From the NCBI RefSeq assembly GCF_006345805.1, contig NC_042998.1, positions 6,200,001-6,264,000 of the forward strand: a stretch of DNA of 64,000 nucleotides. The letters are read 5' to 3'. Source of the stretch: Octopus sinensis. Taxonomy: Eukaryota. The position numbers and the translations under genes are program-made. Under the pieces are notes generated by a model. The model made no database searches. It had not been told where the DNA came from and was given only the letters and a program-made list of their open reading frames with translations. Positions 11,914 to 24,485 of the stretch are shown here, in pieces (the stretch's first letter is position 1; each line of letters starts with the position of its first letter).

Positions 11914-12305
11914 CTCTCTTACTCTTTTACTTGTTTCAGTCATTTGACTGTAGCCATGCTGGAGCACCGCCTTTAGTTGAACAAATCGACACCAGGACTT
12001 ATTTCTTTGTAAGCCTAGTACTTATTCTATCGGTCTCTTTTGCTGAACCGCTAAGTTACAGGGACGTAACGCACCAGCTTTGGTTGTCAAGCGACATTGG
12101 GGGGACAAACACAAACACACAAATGTATACACACACACACACACATATATATATATACACACACATATATACGAAGGGGCTTCTTTCAGTTTCCGTCTAC
12201 CAAATCCACTCACAAGGCTTTGGTCGGCCCAAGGCAATAGTAGAAGACACTTGCCCAAGGTGCCACACAGTGGGACTGAACCTGGAACCATGTGGTTGGT
12301 AAGCA
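11914..12305 (-). mobile_element. SINE family A, head truncated
   Basis: Tail through box B; stops at ggtaagca. Confidence 0.9.
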
Positions 12306-12865
12306 TAGGCAATTTACTGCAGATAAATCTTATATGGACCACCAAGTGCCATATGGATTTTGGTCGAGAACCATTGATCAGCACAATAAATATCTTTAAA
12401 AGATGTGGACTTGCCCTATTTTTTTTTTTTAGTTTCTTTAAATAATTCTTTATTTTTGTATATTGATAATGGTTACTTCGTATTATAAATTAAATAATCA
12501 GAAATAATGATGTTACTGAATTTAATATTAGAAACATGTTTCAGAGGAGTAGTGAAATGAAGAACTTTCAATGTTTCAAATAGGTTTGTCAGATGTGGAA
12601 CTGTGTCGGCTCAGTTAACAGTAATTAGAAGTATATACTATCAGTATTACTGCACCTAATAATGTACTGCTCTCCATACAGCATATAAGTTATATACTGC
12701 TGTCATCAATGCAATTTACAATTGAAAATCCCTCCGAGGTTTCAGATTGGCAAGGACTTGAAATCTGCTAAACAAATGCTCTTGCACAGACAGACACATG
12801 CACAAACACACACACACACACATGCATGTCAACATATACGTTCCTGCACTTATGATAATTATATA

Positions 12866-13355
12866 GGCATAGGAGTGGCTGTATGGTAAGCAGCTTGCTT
12901 ACCAACCACATGGTTCCGGGTTCAGTCCCACTGCATGGCACCTTGGGCAAGTGTCTTCTACTATAGCCTCGGGCCAACCAAAACCTTGTGAATGGATTCG
13001 GAAGACAGAAACTGAAAGAAGCCCTTTCATATATGTGTGTGTGTGTGTGTTTGTGTGTCTGTGTTTGTTCTCCCAACATCGCTTGACAACCGATGCTGGT
13101 GTGTTTACATCCCTGTAACTTAGAGGTTCGGCAAAAGAGACCAATAGAATAAGTACTAGGCTTACAAAGAATAAGTCTTGGGGTCGATTGCTGGTGTGTT
13201 TACGTCGCCGTAGCTAAGTGGTTCAGCAAAAGAGACCGATAGAATAACTACTAGGTTTGTGAAGGAATAAGTCCTGGGGCCAATTTGCTCGACTAAAGGC
13301 GGTGCTCCAGCATGGCCACAGTCAAAAGACTGAAACGAGTAAGGGAGTAAGAGAG
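12866..13355 (+). mobile_element. SINE family A with internal duplication of the 3' segment
   Basis: The block gctggtgtgtttac...ggggtcgat occurs twice (about 13096-13189 and 13190-13280). Confidence 0.85.
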
Positions 13356-13509
13356 TATATAAACGGAGTCAGTTGTGTCAGTAATCAGTTGATATTAATT
13401 TATTGGCAGTGTTGTAAACCCCAATCACAAGTTAACTGTAGTCAGTATTACATTTAACTTCCATGCTGCTCTCAAATACTCACTTCCCAAATTGTATATT
13501 GCTGACAGT

Positions 13510-13985
13510 AACACAATTCACAAATTATAGACCAGAGTCTAAAACAAAATTCACAATTGATAGGCTGTAGTCAGGATCACAATTGACAAATTATAAAGTT
13601 GTCATAAACAGAAGTCACAAATTATAGACTACTGTTATCAACACGATTGACAAATTATAGGCTGCCATCATTAACACACTTCATGATTCATAGATTGCTG
13701 TCATCAACACAATTCACAAATTATAGACAGCTGTCATGATCAAAATTCACAAAATATAGACTATCATAAATACACATCACAAATTATAGACAACTGTCTA
13801 AACAGTTCACAGATAATAGACTGCTATCGTAAACACAATTCACAATCTATTGACTGCTGTTATAAAGACAATTCATAAATTACATACTGTTACCATCAAT
13901 ACATTTCACAGATCTTAGCTGTCATGGACACAATTCACAAATTATACACTGCTGTCTGCTCTCAACACTGTTCACAAATTAATTA
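13510..13985. repeat. Degenerate minisatellite, period about 33 bp
   Basis: Recurring acacaattcacaaattatagactgctgtcatca, roughly 14 units. Confidence 0.8.
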
Positions 13986-14096
13986 ATTCTGTCAACAAAC
14001 ATTTCAAAGAGTGGAAATTTTCACATGTAAACTTAATAAACATTACCAACTAATTTTAGTTCTTACTTAACTGGAAAGACAGGTGGATTTGTAGAA

Positions 14097-14235
14097 ATGC
14101 AGGAGTGGCTGTGTGGTAAGTAGCTTGCTTACCACTCACAGGGTTCTGGGTTCGGTTCCACTGCATGGCACCTTGGGCAAGTGTCTTCTACTATAGCCTC
14201 GGGCCGATCAAAACCTTGTGAGTGGATTTGGTACA
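14097..14235 (+). mobile_element. SINE-A head and core
   Basis: gcaggagtggctgtgtggtaag...gtggatttggtac. Confidence 0.85.
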
Positions 14236-14309
14236 AGTTGTCTATAAATAATCTTTACAACTTCCATACTTTTATATTCCAATTTGTAAATAAAGGGACT
14301 TTATATAAC

Positions 14310-14349
<40 letters not shown>

Positions 14350-14407
14350 ATGATTATATATATATATATATACAGACACACACACACACATGTTATATAT
14401 GCATATA

Positions 14408-14616
14408 TGAGGGAGTGCTGAAAAGTTCCTGATAGTAAGGGTATTGCAAAAGGCCTGATTAGAAGCCCAGACCTTCTGAGCTCTTTTACAGGGCTTAAAA
14501 AACTGAAGGACTGCTGCAATAAGTGTGTGACCCTGAGGGGGGAATATGATAAATGAAATCATAATTAACCTGTATTTTCTTTTACCCAAAACCAGGAATT
14601 TCTCATCACCCTCTCA
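14408..14616 (+). mobile_element. Mariner-derived MITE (internal deletion)
   Basis: TA|tgagggagtgctgaaaagttcctg ... ccaggaatttctcatcaccctctca|TA; retains transposase-like C-terminus GLKKLKDCCNKCVTL..EY. Confidence 0.75.
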
Positions 14617-14789
14617 TATAGAAACACACACACACACACACACATATATACACAAATATTCACTCTACCACATCCAATTACAAAGCAGAAGGTGCCATGG
14701 AGTGGGACTGAAACCATGACCACATGATTGGCAAGCAAGCTTTGTTAACTGTACAGTCAAATCTGCACCCATACACAGATGAGTGTAAA

Positions 14790-15088
14790 CTCTCTCTTCT
14801 ACTTCTTTCAGTCATTTGACTGTGGCCATGCTGGAGCACCACCTTTAATCGAGCAACTCAACCCGGGGGCTTATTCTTTGTAAGCCCAGTACTTATTCTA
14901 TCGGTCTCTTTTGCCGAACCGCTAAATAACGGAGACATAAACACACCAGCATCGGTTGTCAAGCAATACTAGGGGGACAAACACACACGCACATATATAT
15001 ATATACATATACATATATACGATGGGCTTCTTTCAGTTTCCGTCTACCAAATCCACTCACAAGGCATTGGTCGGCCCAGGGCTATAGC
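14790..15088 (-). mobile_element. SINE family A, 5'-truncated
   Basis: Tail, microsatellite and part of the core. Confidence 0.85.
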
Positions 15089-15462
15089 ATATACTTTCTA
15101 TGTATTTTTGTATGTCTTGATTGAAGGGACGGCTATGTTAAGTTTATGTACCCTGTACACAATACATCCTGTAATACAGTGGCTTCAAACCAGAGAAATA
15201 AGAAATGACTTTACCTGTGAAAGAGATTAAGGCAATAGGAAGGGTATCATGTATTAAGATACTGCGGTTGATAAGTGTTGTCCAACACATACCAGTATCA
15301 AGGGAAAAGGCAACCATTAAAATGATAATGATGAAGATGATGGGGGGGGGCAATGGAAGCAGCAGGGTGAGGTGGCAGTGACTAAATGATTAATATCTTT
15401 TATCAATTAATCTAAACTGTTTTAGCTTAGTAGTAGTAGTTGGTGGTGTGTGTTGTATAATA

Positions 15463-15762
15463 TCTTTATATATAAAAGTGAGGTTGTGTGGTGTCTGTCT
15501 CCTACGATTTAGATTCCTAACTACTCCCACATTTTGCGGTGCAGTTTAACCAAAACCGGGTATCTTATAGTCATGATTCATATCGAGCCCTTCTGGGTAT
15601 TAGCGCGCGTCTACGATGAGTCAACGATTTAAAAAAAAATTTACCATCATTTTTTTTCCATTTTTAATGCATTTTTTTGCTATTTTTTGGCTATAACTCT
15701 CTAAAAATGCTTATATAGTTATTTCCCTTACAAACCCGAGCAACGCCGGGCGATACTGCTAG
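15463..15762 (+). mobile_element. Non-autonomous Helitron
   Basis: Inserted at A|T; 5' TCTTTATATATAAAAG; subterminal hairpin cccgagcaacgccggg; 3' CTAG; no TSD. Confidence 0.9.
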
Positions 15763-16119
15763 TATATATATTTAAAACATTTTCCCCAGGGAAGAAGAAA
15801 ATGTCCAAAACATTTGCCATTCCATCCCTCACAGCAAATTCACTGTACTCTTTTTATCAATTTTACTACGTAATATAAGCCTCGTCAACAGAGACAAACA
15901 ACACCCTCTTTTGAGTCTATCCACATGCACACACAAACATTCAACCCCTGCACATTTCTTCTCTCTTTTTTTAAAATTTTTTTTGCGTTCTCTCTCCAGT
16001 TTTTCCCTCTCAGTCCTTCCTGATGGACAGAGTAGGCTCGAACTGTCAAAGACTATTCCATTCTTCCTAAGCATTAAACTAATACACCTGCTTGTTGTTC
16101 CTTCCCTTGTCTTTGTCAT

Positions 16120-16521
16120 TTACTCTTTTACTTGTTTCAGTCATTTGACTGCGGCCATGCTGGAGCACCGCCTTTAGTCGAGCAAATCAACCCCAGGACT
16201 TATTCTTTGTAAGCTCAGTACTTATTCTATCATTCTCTTTGCCGAACCGCTAAGTGACGGGGACGTAAACAAACCAGCATCGGTTGTCAAGCAATGCTAG
16301 GGGGACAAACACAGGCACACAAACACACACGCACACACATATGTATATACATATATACGACAGGCTTCTTTTGAGTTTCCGTCTACCAAATCCAATCACA
16401 AGGCTTTGGTTGGCCCGAGACAATAGTAGAAGACACTTGCCCAAGATGCCATGCAGTGGGACTGAACCCGGAACCATGTGGTTGGTAAGTAAGCTACTTA
16501 CTACAGAGCCACTCCTGCACC
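16120..16521 (-). mobile_element. SINE family A, full length
   Basis: Complete element on the minus strand. Confidence 0.9.
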
Positions 16522-16790
16522 TGTTCATATTTATATATATATATATGTGCATCAATGCTTATTTCCAAGGAATCTAATGCTCTTAGCTTAGTTTTTCCAT
16601 GGGGCTGGCCAGATTGGAGCAATCTCAAGACTAATCAGCTGAAATTGCGAGGATGATCCGGTTCTTGATTGAGGATAGAAAGCTTCGAATGAGCTGTCCT
16701 TTTTTTGTATCGCCTATCTGGATGTTTTGTTGTCCTTCTTTGTATCATCTATGTAGTTGTCCGGATGTTTTGCGTTCTTGTCCCATTTTG

Positions 16791-16821
<31 letters not shown>

Positions 16822-16826
<5 letters not shown>

Positions 16827-17035
16827 TCCAAACAAGAAAGCACAAAAAAAACACAACAACATGAGGACGTGGAACAAATATAGTATTATTGGACGCTCAG
16901 GAAAGAAGGAAAGAAGGAGGGTTTAACGTTTCGAGCGGAGCTCTTCGTCGGAAACATAGGAGAAGGAAAGATCCAGAGAAGGGAAGACAGAGGAAAAAAA
17001 ATCGCCAACGGTACACAAGCGGTCACATTTTGAAT
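16822..17035 (-). mobile_element. Penelope-like pLTR-type fragment
   Basis: Carries a minimal hammerhead motif and abuts (TA)n tracts; family assignment is inferred from the ribozyme type. Confidence 0.5.
16921..16955 (-). ncRNA. Minimal type I hammerhead ribozyme-like motif (family 2)
   Basis: GUUU-CCGACGA-A-GAGC-UCC-GCUC-GAAA-CGUU-AAAC: stem I GUUU/AAAC, stem II GAGC/GCUC, palindromic ACGU stem III; core has U4 changed to C. Confidence 0.65.
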
Positions 17036-17164
17036 GTATATATATGTATAGACATACACATATATATATATATACATATATATACATATATATACACATA
17101 CACATATATATACATATATATACACATACACATATATATACATATATATACACATACACATATA

Positions 17165-17228
17165 TCTGGCTTCCTAGATCCCCGGTCGATCCGTCCAACC
17201 CATGCTAGCATGGAGAACGGACGTTAAA
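17165..17228 (+). mobile_element. RTE LINE 3' tail fragment
   Basis: ccgtccaacccatgctagcatggagaacggacgttaaac followed by (gat)n. Confidence 0.85.
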
Positions 17229-18646
17229 CGATGATGATGATGATGATATATACACACACACAAACACAATGTCTGTTTAACCTCAGATCAAATTATGATC
17301 AAAAGCATTCCAGCCCTGACCATCCTCAATCAACTTCTACTCCAATACAGTATATACCTATAATTTTATTTTCTGAAGTCTCTTCTTTTCCATAAAATTC
17401 GAGATTTGGTTGCTAATTCTTCTTGGCAGTTAAATCAACACCTCATTCCCAGTATAGAGGTCTACATGTGTGTTTTACACAGCCCAATCTAAAAAAGCAA
17501 GGGTCTTTGGTAACAATTCTCTGGCATTTGTTCTCCGCACTCACTTCTTATGTTAATTTTTGTTAGTTCTTATGAATCCTTTTAACTTCATGACATGCCA
17601 AACATTTCATCATACAGAGTTCAAATATGGTTTGTTGTTTTTTTTTGCTTTTTTTTGGGGGGGGGAGATTTTCATTCTTTTGTTTTTTTGGGTTTTTTTG
17701 TATGAGTGTTTGTGATTGTGAATGAATGGCTTTCACTTTCAAAGCTTTCAAAGTGCTCATACAATGCAAAATAGTTAGATAATGCAGAATAAAGGTCACT
17801 GCTCTATGGGCAATTAACTTTATAATAGCATGTAAAATGTAGAAACACAAAAAAAAAAGAAAAGAAAAGCAACGTTGAATATGAAAACAGTTTCTTCTTT
17901 TTTGTTTTGTTTTTTTTTTATATTTTGCAAATATATTTGGAATATTTTTCCATTGAACTTTCCATTGGAGAACAATCCGGAAAATTGACACGAATTATTA
18001 AAATGTTCAGGGCTCCATGAATAATTGGTTTCACGAAACAACAAAAGCGATCGGATAAAATCGGTGACAGATAACATTATTTTAATTACAACTTACAAAT
18101 GTATGTGTTTAGTTTTAAAGCCTCCTAGAAATAGGAACATGCAAACAAGTTTATTGACCTGGTGGGAAAAATTTAAAACAACAGAAAAACAAAGGAGTAT
18201 TTTCATAAGAAAGCATACATGATCATTAAATGACTTTTTTTTTTTTTGTTTTTTTAAAATTCTATTTAATCATTTTATTACTTTTGCTGCTACTCAATTA
18301 AGTACACTAAAGTTAACGACTACTTTGGCTGTTCTTTCTCTCCTATACAGTAACAAACCTGGTTCCATTAAAAAAGCACTAATTACTACACGAATACTGA
18401 ATTTAGACTTCTACTGCAATACATTATAATTGACTATGATACCGAAAGTTTGGATCAAATAAGGAATTTCAAAATGTCTTGGAGCCTAAAATAACAACCT
18501 TATAGGATCATTAACCTTATTAAGTATAGTCTCGTTACATTTCTATAAATAGACATCCATTTATCTACACTTAATTACATGTATTGTATTTATATGCACA
18601 TTTGCACAATTATATGTACACTCCATAAACACACACACACACACCC

Positions 18647-18677
<31 letters not shown>

Positions 18678-19504
18678 GTGAAGTTATAATGGTTTCATTT
18701 TCAACAGTTCTTCAGATTCATTGCCAAAAGAGGCGTAATGAATTTTGGCTCCCAATATAATTTTGTCATGAAAACATCACTACCATAATATAACAGAATG
18801 GAATGGAATTCTTTAACTTCATAAATTGACTAATGCTTTATAAAGTCATCATACATATATATATATACATGTAAAATATAGCATCAATATTCAATTTCCC
18901 ATCAACAGTTCACACCATGTGTATTTTAGTGAGTACCTTTAAGACATCCATATATACATATATATATGTATGTATGTATGTATGTATATATATATAAAAT
19001 GTATGTATGTATGTATATCAGCATACATTTACTTAAGTGATATCATCCCATAACTAATGAATACAGCATGCCAATCCAGACAAGGCAACAAATATGCATA
19101 TGCATGCTTCTCTTTGAATGCTCACACAGTTAAAATGCCTCCAAGAAAAATTACTCTGTTATGGTGTTCCATTACAAGGAAAATGAATATCAAAGTCGAA
19201 ATATAGAATGAAAGAGGAGATAGAAAGAGGGAAGGTGGTAAAGAGAGAGAGAGAGAGATAGAGACGGTAATGAAAGGAGAACAAAGAAATGCAAATAATA
19301 GATATAAACAGGTGCAGTCTTACAAGACTAATGAACACTATTCAAATATTAAACTTGCTGGAAAATATTCACTGAAGTTAGTTAAGTTATTCTTAGATGG
19401 AAGGAAGTAAACAAGAGTAAGGTCATGAATAGGAGTAACTCCGAAGATTAAAACAGGAATATGTCCCTCGTTTATAATGGATCTTACACTGGTTTAAAAG
19501 AGAC

Positions 19505-19830
19505 CATCATCATCATCATCATCATCGTTTAACGTCTGTTTTCCGTGCTAGCACGGGTTGGACGGTTCGACCGGGGTCTGGGAAGCCAAGGGGCTGCACC
19601 AGGCTCCAATCTGATCTGGTAGTGTTTCTACAGCTGGATGCCCTTCCTAACACCAACCACTCCATGGCTGTAGTGGGTGCTTTTACGTGGCATAGGCACA
19701 GGTACCAGGGGAGGCTGGCAGCGGCCATGATTGGTTGGGGCTTTTTACGTGCCACTGGTCTGGAAGCCAGTCAAGGCAGCGCTGGCATCGGCCACGTTTG
19801 AATGGTGCTTTTTACATGCCACCGGTACAA
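19505..19830 (-). mobile_element. RTE LINE 3' UTR fragment
   Basis: (cat)n then gtttaacgtc...gctggatgcccttcctaacaccaacc... Confidence 0.85.
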
Positions 19831-20174
19831 ATTTATACCTGGCTCAGATATGTAAATTTAAATCATTTTTGGAAGTTTCTTTTGCCAAGTTTCAGGTGCA
19901 ACGTGTAGAATTGTAACTCAGTTGATGTGAAATAGCATGTATGGAGAAAATAAACGTTGTTAACGGTAATAATTGACAATGAAGAAGGAAAGAAAAAATA
20001 TGCTTGTAATCACAAAGTTATGTAATATCATCTTTCCCCAATCGCAGCTCACCAATTAGACGGCCTCTACACAATCACTCAACCTGCAGCTGTATCTCTC
20101 TCTCAAATCTCACCCCTGAGGCATAAAATATTGTTTAAGTCTTCTTATAATTCTCTGTTTTATTTATTTTACAG

Positions 20175-20324
20175 GTTTGAGTAACCAGATTGCGGCTATG
20201 TTGGGGTTATATTGCTGGTAGAGCCAATTACATTGACATGAGTGCTTATTTTATTGATCTTGGACAGATGAAAAAGCAAAGTTAGCCTGGCATTATTCAT
20301 ATGTATTCATACTTGTCAAAGAAG
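20175..20324 (+). other. Candidate non-coding exon containing a SINE-B remnant
   Basis: ctctgttttatttattttacag acceptor and AAG|gtaaga donor; stop codons in all three frames. Confidence 0.35.
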
Positions 20325-21136
20325 GTAAGAAATAAACAAATTATTATTTTTGTTTCCACTAAGAGAAACAAAAAAAAAAAAAATTGCTAGTGATAAGAAA
20401 CTGTACCAGTGTAACAAAAGTTCTTAAAATAAAACTAGAATAAAATATCATTCATTCAAGATTTTATGTTAAGATTTTCCAATTCATGATCGACTATAGA
20501 TCCACTAAATAATAAAGTATAATAATAAATAAGCTTAGAACATAAGTTTTGTCAGTAAAATATTCTACAAGGCAGTAATATTCCTTTGATGGTGGCGTTC
20601 CTGCATGACAAATCAAATGGTTGAAACCAGTAAAAAGAGGACTTGTTTTTATAGGAGTTGAGCCAGTTTACACATTAATGGGTACTTCACCATGCACTGA
20701 TAATATAAATAAATAAAAAAAAACATGTATGATGCAATAAATTTTATTTACCAGTCCTACATCAAAAACTGATATTTTGTGATATGCTAATGTTAATGTT
20801 GAAAGGTAATGTTTGATCTGAGAAAAAGAAAATTACAAAATGAACAAAAATGAGATTGAGTTAAATGAGTGCAACACACACTCGGACTTAATGAAAGGTT
20901 ACTCTAAACAGTGAGCATAACGAAGTGTATATAATCACAGGAATTTAGGGAGATTAATGGTGATATCTGTTGGCAAAGAGTCCTTTCAGTAAAAAAATCA
21001 AAAGTAAAAAAAATGTTAAAATGAAAATACCTCACAATTGAAGGAGTTTGTTTTTTTGAATCAGAGAATTTAAGGGGACAGTGTATAAATAGTTATTATG
21101 GTTCATCGTGTCCCAATTAAATAATTATTAAGTAAA

Positions 21137-21300
21137 GGCACATGGTTTAATGGTTTAATGGTTACAGTGTTGGACTCAAGCTGGCAAGGCTAAGGGTTCA
21201 ATTCCTGTCCTACGTGGTGAGTTGGATTCTTGAGTAAAGCACCTTATTTCACACTGTTCCAATCTACACAGCTAAAAATAGATGACAGCCAAGTGTTCAT
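21137..21300 (+). mobile_element. SINE family C, divergent
   Basis: ggcacatggtttaatgg...gggttcaattcc...cttgagtaaagcacc. Confidence 0.65.
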
Positions 21301-21357
21301 GCTCCCTGCTCTCCCTCTTTCTCTCTCTCTCTCTCCCTCCAGCTCTAACATCCTTAA

Positions 21358-21578
21358 CCCTTTAGCATTTAAACTGGCCATATCCGGCCAAAAGTATTCA
21401 GCCTGTTTTATGTTCAAACTGGCCAGATCTGGTCTCTCACACCAACCCTACAATGTCGTTTTAAAAATTAACAGCTTCCTCATCAAAATCTCATAGCTAC
21501 AAGATAATGCATGATTAGTTCAAAACAATGTGGATGAAGAAGCATTAATTGTGGCAGAATAATGCGAACACTAAAGGG
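21358..21578. mobile_element. piggyBac-type MITE, family P1
   Basis: TTAA|CCCTTTAGCATTT ... CTAAAGGG|TCAA; related copies end near 23387 and 49263 with ctaaaggg|ttaa. Confidence 0.7.
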
Positions 21579-22069
21579 TCAATGTTCTGCGGGTTTGTGG
21601 ATAGAGAGATTGAAAGAGTGTCTATATCTTCCCACAACTACATAAGCACAAAAATGATTAGCAAAAGCATGGAGCATACCACAAAGTCACGGTCACTTCA
21701 GAACTGTCATTTTCTGAAAGCATTTTCACTCTCTACTTTAGTACCAATTAGTACCAATCAGTACTGTTGTTAATAAGGAACATTAGGCATGCTTTGCCTG
21801 GCATTAAAACAGGCTTTTCATCATGTCCTGTTTATCAATGTAGTTAGCACACTATCCAAGGTGCATCTGCAACCAGAGATTGTTTTGGTTTATTAACTGA
21901 ACAGAAGAGAGAACAGGCCAACATATTAAGCAAAACTTAATCCATAATTATGACCAATGACCTTTAATCTTGATCATGAATGATGGATTATCTGTGCTTT
22001 GAGAGAGGAACTGTCATTAATAGCATTGGATGGTGTGTCCAGAAGTACTGCGCAAGCAGTTCTGTAATG

Positions 22070-22430
22070 GTTAGTTAGTTAGTTAATTCTTTGGCTCAAA
22101 AAGCAAAAAGGCAAGGCCATGTAGGGGGACATGGAGTTATGTACAGGGTGGTGTTCAGGTAAGGAGTTCAGGCCACTTGTGGTCAAGGGAGACTTTGAAC
22201 CGAGCGGTCGTCAGCATCTACACCATCTTGTCCGGCAGCTTATTCCACAGATCCGCAACCCAGACGGAGAAAGCCCCTCTCCTTCGATTGAGATGAAATC
22301 GTCGTAGATAGAGCTTTTCAGAGTGACCCCGCAGCCGACGCTCTGGAGCAGGAGTGAAGAACAGCTCTTTCGAGAGGTTACACTTTCCGCTTATGTGATG
22401 CATATAAAACGTCACTTCAAATCTCATTAA
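22070..22430 (-). mobile_element. CR1-clade LINE 3' end
   Basis: ORF ...RLRGHSEKLYLRRFHLNRRRGAFSVWVADLWNKLP..V matches the CR1 ORF2 C-terminal motif RGH..KL....R.N.R...FS.RV...WN.LP; (TAAC)n tail. Confidence 0.85.
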
Positions 22431-22524
22431 ACTGTAATAGTTGAACTGGTTAGATTAGATCCCAGAACAAACTGAGGTATTACAGTATAAACTAAGAGGA
22501 AAGCGAGATATCAATCACTATTAA

Positions 22525-22746
22525 CCCTTTTGATACCAACCTGGCCAAAACCGGCCTTGGCTCTGTAGTATAAACGTCTTCTTTTCATAAGTGTTGAATT
22601 AAAATCTTCCACCAAACCTTAGTCACAATGAATGTTCCCAACACTAGCTTAATGAAAACTAAGTTCGTTTATTAAACTCTTTGTTATATTTAAAATTAAT
22701 TGAATGAAACACAGAGCATCTCAAAATAAATACGGTAACGAAAGGG
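22525..22746. mobile_element. piggyBac-type MITE, family P2
   Basis: TTAA|CCCTTTTGATACC ... GGTAACGAAAGGG|TTAA. Confidence 0.85.
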
Positions 22747-22818
22747 TTAACTTCTCGCACAATGGTAAACTTGTGATCATTAGATTCCTGCTAGATCTGA
22801 ACAGATCCCTGTGCTTAC

Positions 22819-22881
22819 AGTATCATGAAGACTGCTCCAGTAATTTGCACCATCTTGGACTCCAACGAAAGTCATGAAAGA
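22819..22881 (-). other. Candidate 63-nt phase 0-0 exon (SFMTFVGVQDGANYWSSLHDT)
   Basis: cttacacag acceptor, ACT|gtaagc donor, open frame; no recognisable homology. Confidence 0.3.
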
Positions 22882-24061
22882 CTGTGTAAGATTAATGTCC
22901 AGAAAACTAATTCCATCTCACAATGGCTAACCACATTGCTTTCTCTCCACCCTTTCCTGTTATTGCAACAGCAACAAGTAGTTATAGTTGCCTCCTGCAG
23001 ATTCCTAGCAGTATTTATAACAATGACAACATGTGACAAGAACAGACCTTATCACCTCAGACATGTCCTGGTATTCTTTTGAAGACACACAGAGACTTGT
23101 TCCAAATAGGCCTCTCAACTTCCATACAAAGTCCTCATCTGTAGGGCATTCTGCATTTATATGACCTTGTATAAGTACAGTGTATAAGGACAGGCCATGA
23201 AGCACATTAGCCTCTTACTTTTCAGATTACCCTATCAAATATAAAGTTTATTAATTGACATTATTTAAATTACTCATGCATTTATCTTGTAGCTTTGAGA
23301 GTTTAATGACGTAACTGTTTATTTTTAGAAAGGCATTGCAGAATTGGTGTGAGAGGCCAGATGTGGCTGGTTTAAAAGCTAAAGGGTTAAAACCTTCAAG
23401 GTTTTCCATATCTATCGTCTCTGGAAGTATCTTTTATTCATCTCCTGAGATAAGACTACACACATAGAAACATTTGATCAAACCAACAGAGCAACACTGA
23501 ACCGACACTAAACAGGCATTAACTTAGATAGCTTGGATACATTGTGCACGTGTCTGACTTGGCTTTCTGCCACACCCTCTCTTCGGCTAGCTACAGCATG
23601 GTCAATGATTAGCTAAACAAATATGTAGCTCAAAGACTAGTTGAAAAGGAACATTATTGATCATTTAAGAATGGAAGACATCAAACTCAGCTTTTCAATG
23701 AAATGGTCTCACTGTTGAAGAGGAATTGAAAATACAAAGGAAAAACATACTGAACTCTACAAAGTGGATGAACAACAAGGTAAATGGTATCAGTGTAGAG
23801 TGTTTGCACCTGGATTACCCAAACAACAATTTACATGGTTCCCTTTTACAAATCTAGTTATACAGATAAGGAAGTATGATTATCCATGGAACCACAGATG
23901 AAGGAGACCAGGGTCATCATCAGATTCCATGATCAAAATTAAGCAAATATGTATGTGTGTGCATAAGTGCATGTGTGAGTGCACATACCAGTATATGAAT
24001 GTTTATATGCATGCTACATGCACACACAACACATGACACATGCTGCATGCACATACACACG

Positions 24062-24485
24062 TACCATCCGAGCGTGGCTGTTCGCCAGCCTCTTCTTCCA
24101 CCTGTGTCGGTGGCACATAAAAAACACCATCCGAGCGTGGCTGTTCGCCAGCCTCGTCTGCCACCTGTGTCGGTGGCACATAAAAAACACCATCCGAGCG
24201 TGGCCGTTCGCCAGCCTCGTCTGGCACCTGTGTCGGTGGCACATAAAAAACACCATCCGAGTGTGGCCATTCGCCAGCCTCGTCTGGCACCTGTGCCGGT
24301 GGCACGTAAAAAGCACCCACTACACTCACGGAGTGGTTGGCGTTAGGAAGGGCATCCAGCTGTAGAAACACTGCCAGATCAGACTGGGCCTGGTGCAGCC
24401 TTCGGGCTTCCCAGACCCCAGTTGAACCGTCCAACCCATGCTAGCATGGAAAATGGACGTTAAATGATAATGATGATGATGATGA
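24062..24485 (+). mobile_element. RTE LINE 3' UTR with four 63-bp tandem units
   Basis: accatccgag starts at 24063, 24126, 24189 and 24252, followed by the standard tail and (gat)n. Confidence 0.9.

Noticed and set aside
23920-24434. Overlapping repetitive ORFs on both strands
   Set aside because: Produced by the 63-bp unit (a multiple of 3) in a LINE 3' UTR.
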